From NCBI GenBank assembly GCA_035999525.1, contig DASYGR010000089.1, positions 1-47,977 on the forward strand: a DNA stretch of 47,977 bases, read 5' to 3'. Numbering within the stretch: the stretch's first letter is position 1; each line of letters opens with the position of its first letter. The notes beneath the pieces are model-generated. The model did not search any database and had not been told where the DNA came from. It was given only the letters and a program-made list of their open reading frames with translations. This document shows positions 43,795 through 47,977 of the stretch, in pieces. The translations under genes and the position numbers were made by a program. This stretch comes from Terriglobales bacterium. GTDB taxonomy: Bacteria; Acidobacteriota; Terriglobia; Terriglobales; Acidobacteriaceae.

Positions 43795-46377
43795 CTACTT
43801 CAATCCGGTCACGACATAGGCTTCCGAGAGCTCCCGCCCATATGTATACGCGTATGCCGTGTTACCGGCGGAAAAGTTGGGCGGACCAACATTATTGATT
43901 CCCGCAGCCATTTCTGCGCCGAAGGTTCTCCACGGCTCTATCTTTCCCGTCACTATATTCACCTTGAGCACCTTAGCTACCGTCTCGCTGGCCCGCGTTT
44001 GGAACGCATACACCGACCCGGTATCGGGCGACCAGCCAATCACCAAATAGGTCGAGTCCAGTCCGGGGATTAGACGAATGTCTCGTCCTTCAAGCTGCCA
44101 GATTCCCCACTTTCCATCGGGACCCAGGACAGCAGTACTCGCTCCATTTGGCGAAGGGTGTACGCCGGCAACACCTTCAGGCGTAATGGGCTTTGAGTCG
44201 CCACTGCTTATATCAATGAGGTAGTCCCGCGCAGCATGTCCCGGTTCGATGCCCTGGGCAAGTAAGTGTTTCGCGTCCGGCAGCCACCGAACTGCGGAAT
44301 AGCTCACAGCATCGTGCGTAAGTTGCCTCGCCTCACCTGCTCCCGTAGGCACAAGGTTCAAAGGTCCGCCTCTTGGGAGCTTGCTAATCACCCACTTCGC
44401 ATCGGGTGAAATTGCGAGGGCGAGCCCTTCGCCGACGCGCGCTGGAGGCGAACCATCCGTATCACGCACGAAGACGGTATAGTTGGGGCCGCCACCATTT
44501 CCTTCCTCTTCGAACACAATCTTGCGGCCATCGCGGCTTATGTCGCGCACAATGGACCATCCGAACCATCCCAGTTCGCGCTCTTCTTTTGCGCCAGGCG
44601 CGAGACCCCGAATCCCAATACGATCCTGATGAGTGATCATCAGCGCCGTCCCGCTCCGCATATCTTCCAGCCACATCCCTCCGGGTACATTCGTGATTGC
44701 CCGCTGTTTTCCTGAAAGAGTCACGGCATTCGGATTCGTGGCACTACTGTTACTGGCTGACGTAAACCATATCTCGTCACCCCCAGGAGACCATAGAATT
44801 CCCTCGATCGTTTCCCACCCAGAGGATAGTTTTTTTTCTTTGCCGTCGCCATCCGTGCTGATCACCGCGATTGACCCCTCATCATCACCACTCGGATTCT
44901 CATGATCGGCGAAAGCTACCCACTTACCGTCTGGCGAAATTCTGGGTGCGCTGATCCAGTTAATACTGTCAAACAGTACCTTACCTATTGGGTATTCAAG
45001 CCTCCAGTGATTATTTTCCGGGACGTACCGGACGATCGCCATACTTTCGCCGTCAGCCGCCCAATCTGCGTCCTGCACGTTGTTTAGCACTTCTCGCGGT
45101 GTGCCGCCACTCAGGGGCACCCGAGCCAGCGTTCCGGTTTTCGCGTAACCACCAAAAGTCACGGTATTGAGGCGAACCGCCAGCTCCCCATTCTTGGAAA
45201 TCGCAAGCAGCTCTGCATCTTTCAACCCCAATTCGCGCGCCCCTGGGTCGTCGGTGCGTGACATGTAAAGCTGGTATCCGCCTCCCTCCCACGACGCGCT
45301 ATAAACGATGCTCCCATCCGGGGTAAATCGCGCATTGCCGATGGAGCCAGTGCGAAAAGTGATTTGTTGATACTGGGCCAGCGCGGCGCGACCACTGCCT
45401 TTGCCGAGCCACCACCCGAGGCCGAGCATTATCAATGCGAGCACTACGCCAACCGCGATCCCGGGCAGTAGCCAATTATGTGACCTTGCCGATATGGGCG
45501 GCACAATCTTCGACGTGCTGCCGGAAATTCCAGAAAGATGTTCGAGATCAAAGGCGATATCACTCGCGGAATGGAAGCGTCCCTCAGGCTTCTTCTCCAG
45601 ACAGTGCTGCACAATGCGCTCGAGCGCCGGAGAAACATTGCGATTGGTTTCGTTCAACTCGGGAGGGTCTTCCTTCAAGATCGCACTCATCGTGTCCGCG
45701 GGAGTGTCTCCATGGAATGCCCGCTTGCCCGAGAGCATCTCGTAAAGAATTGCCCCAAAACTAAAAATGTCAGACCGCGTATCCAGAGCAATTCCGCGCA
45801 CTTGCTCGGGCGACATGTAGCCGGCTGTCCCCATCACCGACCCCGCCTCGGTGCCGTGAGTGACTGTTGGCAGCGAGGAATGGGCCGTGGGTTCGTTCTG
45901 GGTCAGCTTTGCCAGACCAAAGTCTAAAATCTTGATACGCCCATCATTCGTGAGAAACAGATTCTCCGGCTTCAGATCACGATGAATGATTCCCTTTTCA
46001 TGGGCTGCCGCCAGTCCATGCGCAATTTGCAAGGCATAGTCCAATGCCTTCCGCAGCGCGATGGGACCGCTGCGCAAGCGCTGGCGGAGAGTCTCTCCTT
46101 CGAGCAGTTCTGAGACAACGTAAGGCGAGTTCTCGCTGGTGCCGATATCGAACACGGCAAGAATATTCGGATGGTTCAGGGCAGCGGTGGCGAGGGCCTC
46201 CTGCTCAAAGCGGCGTAACCGGTCGGAATCAAGCGATAGCGCCTGCGGCAAAATCTTGACCGCGACCTCGCGTTTGAGACGAGAGTCGCGAGCGCGATAG
46301 ACTTCACCCATTCCGCCCGCACCGAGCAGAGCGACAATCTCGTACGGTCCGAGTTTAGTGCCCGAAGCAACAGCCAT
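43795..46377 (-). CDS. Ser/Thr protein kinase with a TM segment and an extracytoplasmic TolB-like (PD40/WD40-like) beta-propeller
   Basis: The catalytic motifs are intact: [44 protein letters not shown] and [13 protein letters not shown]. The TM segment is [21 protein letters not shown]. Repeated SPDG-type blades follow ([45 protein letters not shown]). ATG 46377 is preferred over TTG 46389. Confidence 0.88.
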   Translation of the reverse strand: MAVASGTKLGPYEIVALLGAGGMGEVYRARDSRLKREVAVKILPQALSLDSDRLRRFEQEALATAALNHPNILAVFDIGTSENSPYVVSELLEGETLRQRLRSGPIALRKALDYALQIAHGLAAAHEKGIIHRDLKPENLFLTNDGRIKILDFGLAKLTQNEPTAHSSLPTVTHGTEAGSVMGTAGYMSPEQVRGIALDTRSDIFSFGAILYEMLSGKRAFHGDTPADTMSAILKEDPPELNETNRNVSPALERIVQHCLEKKPEGRFHSASDIAFDLEHLSGISGSTSKIVPPISARSHNWLLPGIAVGVVLALIMLGLGWWLGKGSGRAALAQYQQITFRTGSIGNARFTPDGSIVYSASWEGGGYQLYMSRTDDPGARELGLKDAELLAISKNGELAVRLNTVTFGGYAKTGTLARVPLSGGTPREVLNNVQDADWAADGESMAIVRYVPENNHWRLEYPIGKVLFDSINWISAPRISPDGKWVAFADHENPSGDDEGSIAVISTDGDGKEKKLSSGWETIEGILWSPGGDEIWFTSASNSSATNPNAVTLSGKQRAITNVPGGMWLEDMRSGTALMITHQDRIGIRGLAPGAKEERELGWFGWSIVRDISRDGRKIVFEEEGNGGGPNYTVFVRDTDGSPPARVGEGLALAISPDAKWVISKLPRGGPLNLVPTGAGEARQLTHDAVSYSAVRWLPDAKHLLAQGIEPGHAARDYLIDISSGDSKPITPEGVAGVHPSPNGASTAVLGPDGKWGIWQLEGRDIRLIPGLDSTYLVIGWSPDTGSVYAFQTRASETVAKVLKVNIVTGKIEPWRTFGAEMAAGINNVGPPNFSAGNTAYAYTYGRELSEAYVVTGLK

Positions 46378-46671
46378 GTGTGGGCGCAATTATAACTTGA
46401 GCCACGTTGTGCGACGAATGGGAATCCTCTGAATGCTTCTTCGGATCAAACAATGACATTTGTCATCACGCTTACGTGACGATCTCCACTACTTTGTTGC
46501 CCGCCAATCGGTGACGATCATATTGGAAGCGGTGGTTGTCCACTTTAACGGCATCGGCTATTCTGGTTGACAATCATTCGGGTTAACCGTCCATTCGTAG
46601 GCGATAATCGGGGCGGCTTTTTGGATTTCCTGAGCTTGTAGCAGTAGTGAGTCGGTCACTGGAGTTTTCCT

Positions 46672-47814
46672 ATGACACTGGTCAGTTTCGTTCGCAAGAA
46701 CTCATTCCGCAATAAGCGCCGTAGCATTTTGACCGTACTTAGCATTGGTGGCTCGCTGCTTCTGCTGACTTTCCTGATTACGATCTGGCGCAGCTTTTAT
46801 GACAGCAAGCCGACCGAGATGTCCGCACAGCGCCTGATCGTTCGCAATAAGGTTTCACTCGTTTTCAATTTGCCGAGCTCATACCGCCAGAAGATTCAAG
46901 CCATCCCAGGGGTGAAAGAAGTGGTAAACCAGCAATGGTTTGGTGGGCAATATATAGACGACAAGCCGGAACACTACTTCGCCCAGTTCGGAACGGATCC
47001 GCAGGAACTGTTCAAGGTGTACCCGGAATTTAAGATTCCCGCCGATCAACTGGCAGCGTGGCAGCGCGATCGGGCCGGCGCAATCGTGGACGTGGGATTG
47101 GCCAACAAGTTTCACTGGAAAATTGGTGACCGGCTCAACATTACAGGCAAGATTTTCCCTGTCAACCTGGAGTTGACGATTCGGGGAATTTTCACGCCGC
47201 CCGATCCAACCCAGTCAATCTACTTTAATAAGGACTATATAGACGAAGGTTTCCCCAATCTAAAAGGCAGCGATGGATTCTTCGCGGTTTTAGCCGATTC
47301 ACCGGAATCTGTTCCCAAGGTCGCTGGAGCGATTGACGAACAGTTTCGCAATTCTGATCGCGCCACAAAGACTGAGAGCGAGCACGCTTTTCAGCTGGGC
47401 TTTATTGGGATGCTGGGGAATATCAAGGCCTTTATCATGAGCATCTGCTTGGCGGTGGTCTTTACCATCCTGCTCGTGTCTGCGAATACGATGGCGATGT
47501 CCATTCGTGAACGCACGCGGGAAGTTGCTGTGTTAAAGACTCTGGGTTTTACTCGAAACAGTATTCTCGGTTTATTCGTCGGCGAGGCGGTTTCACTTTC
47601 GCTTGTAGGCGGCCTGATAGGAACGCTGCTCTGCTTTGCCATCGTGACGGGGATGGCAAGCCAGGGAGGCTATTTCACTGGAATGAAGGTCACTGCACTC
47701 ACCATGGCGGCAGCGCTGCTCATAGCGGCGGTCGTGGGGTTCGTCAGTTCGTTTGTCCCGTCGTATCATGCTGCGAAGGTCAATATTGTGGATGGCTTAC
47801 GTCACATCGGGTAA
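46672..47814 (+). CDS. ABC transporter permease, FtsX/MacB-like (4 TM segments with a large periplasmic domain)
   Basis: SFRNKRRSILTVLSIGGSLLLLTF is the N-terminal TM segment. A periplasmic domain of about 200 aa follows, then the FtsX core ...MSIRERTREVAVLKTLGFTRNSILGLFVGEAVSLSLVGG. Confidence 0.85.
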   Translation: MTLVSFVRKNSFRNKRRSILTVLSIGGSLLLLTFLITIWRSFYDSKPTEMSAQRLIVRNKVSLVFNLPSSYRQKIQAIPGVKEVVNQQWFGGQYIDDKPEHYFAQFGTDPQELFKVYPEFKIPADQLAAWQRDRAGAIVDVGLANKFHWKIGDRLNITGKIFPVNLELTIRGIFTPPDPTQSIYFNKDYIDEGFPNLKGSDGFFAVLADSPESVPKVAGAIDEQFRNSDRATKTESEHAFQLGFIGMLGNIKAFIMSICLAVVFTILLVSANTMAMSIRERTREVAVLKTLGFTRNSILGLFVGEAVSLSLVGGLIGTLLCFAIVTGMASQGGYFTGMKVTALTMAAALLIAAVVGFVSSFVPSYHAAKVNIVDGLRHIG

Positions 47815-47847
47815 AGAAGGTACAGGATTAGAAGGCAGGAAGAATAA

Positions 47848-47977
47848 ATGGCAATCCCCCTGAGCTATAACGTGCGTAATCTGCGGCTGCGTAAGAGCCT
47901 GACCATCATGACTGCGCTCGGCATCGCACTCACGGTTGCAACCGCAGTTTTTATCATGGCGCTTCTGGCGGGGCTTG
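47848..47977 (+). CDS. Second FtsX/MacB-like ABC permease. Partial: it runs off the right window edge.
   Basis: Not in the ORF track. The ATG at 47848 follows [49 protein letters not shown] matches the N-terminal signature of FtsX-type permeases. Confidence 0.6.
   Translation, partial: MAIPLSYNVRNLRLRKSLTIMTALGIALTVATAVFIMALLAGL

Noticed and set aside
1-47977. Search by eye for rRNA, tRNA, CRISPR repeats, transposase/integrase genes, toxin-antitoxin pairs and known phage-defence genes.
   Set aside because: None was recognised. Nearly all sequence is accounted for by the listed CDSs. Intergenic regions of at least 200 nt show no tRNA-like T-arm (GGTTCGAATCC) or spaced direct repeats. Proper scans with tRNAscan-SE, Infernal/Rfam, a CRISPR finder and DefenseFinder would be needed to exclude them.

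Overview
The window is a 47,977-nt gene-dense chromosomal fragment with about 38 protein-coding genes on both strands. I found no rRNA, tRNA, CRISPR array, transposase or integrase by eye. All calls rest on reading the translations and the DNA; no BLAST or HMM search was possible. The gene content looks like a soil Acidobacteriota-type genome, but this is inference only. It rests on a GWxTD protein, a PEP-CTERM protein, PEGA-domain and TolB-propeller Ser/Thr kinases, a CarboxypepD_reg barrel, a 10x Big_2 lipoprotein, a fused E1 alpha/beta dehydrogenase and a hemE-hemH-hemY cluster.

Layout:
- 1-980: edge-truncated HlyD/MacA-like adaptor, absent from the ORF track.
- 1.4-4.9 kb: GWxTD protein plus outer-membrane-type barrel.
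- 5.0-9.7 kb: panD, receiver protein, transglutaminase-fold ORF, HAD phosphatase and fused 2-oxoacid dehydrogenase E1.
- 9.8-12.5 kb: Big_2 lipoprotein.
- 13.0-27.9 kb: polysaccharide-type locus. It holds a Wzy/O-antigen-ligase-like protein, two unknown ORFs, a GT4-GT4 fusion, two paralogous sulfotransferases, a secreted beta-helix, a beta-propeller, a FemAB-like transferase and two polytopic membrane proteins.
- 28-34.7 kb: small secreted proteins, aqpZ, a STAS protein, a GH2 hydrolase, an OmpR-type regulator and a PEP-CTERM protein.
- 35-38.4 kb: hemE-hemH-hemY.
- 38.5-41.1 kb: Met/His-rich secreted protein and murJ.
- 41.1-46.4 kb: predicted pseudokinase with three PEGA domains, next to an active kinase with a TolB-like propeller.
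- 46.7 kb to end: two FtsX/MacB-type permeases, the last one truncated.

The best candidate for something undescribed is the 13-28 kb locus, a putative sulfated and otherwise decorated exopolysaccharide system. The second is the pseudokinase/kinase pair. Both are hypotheses.
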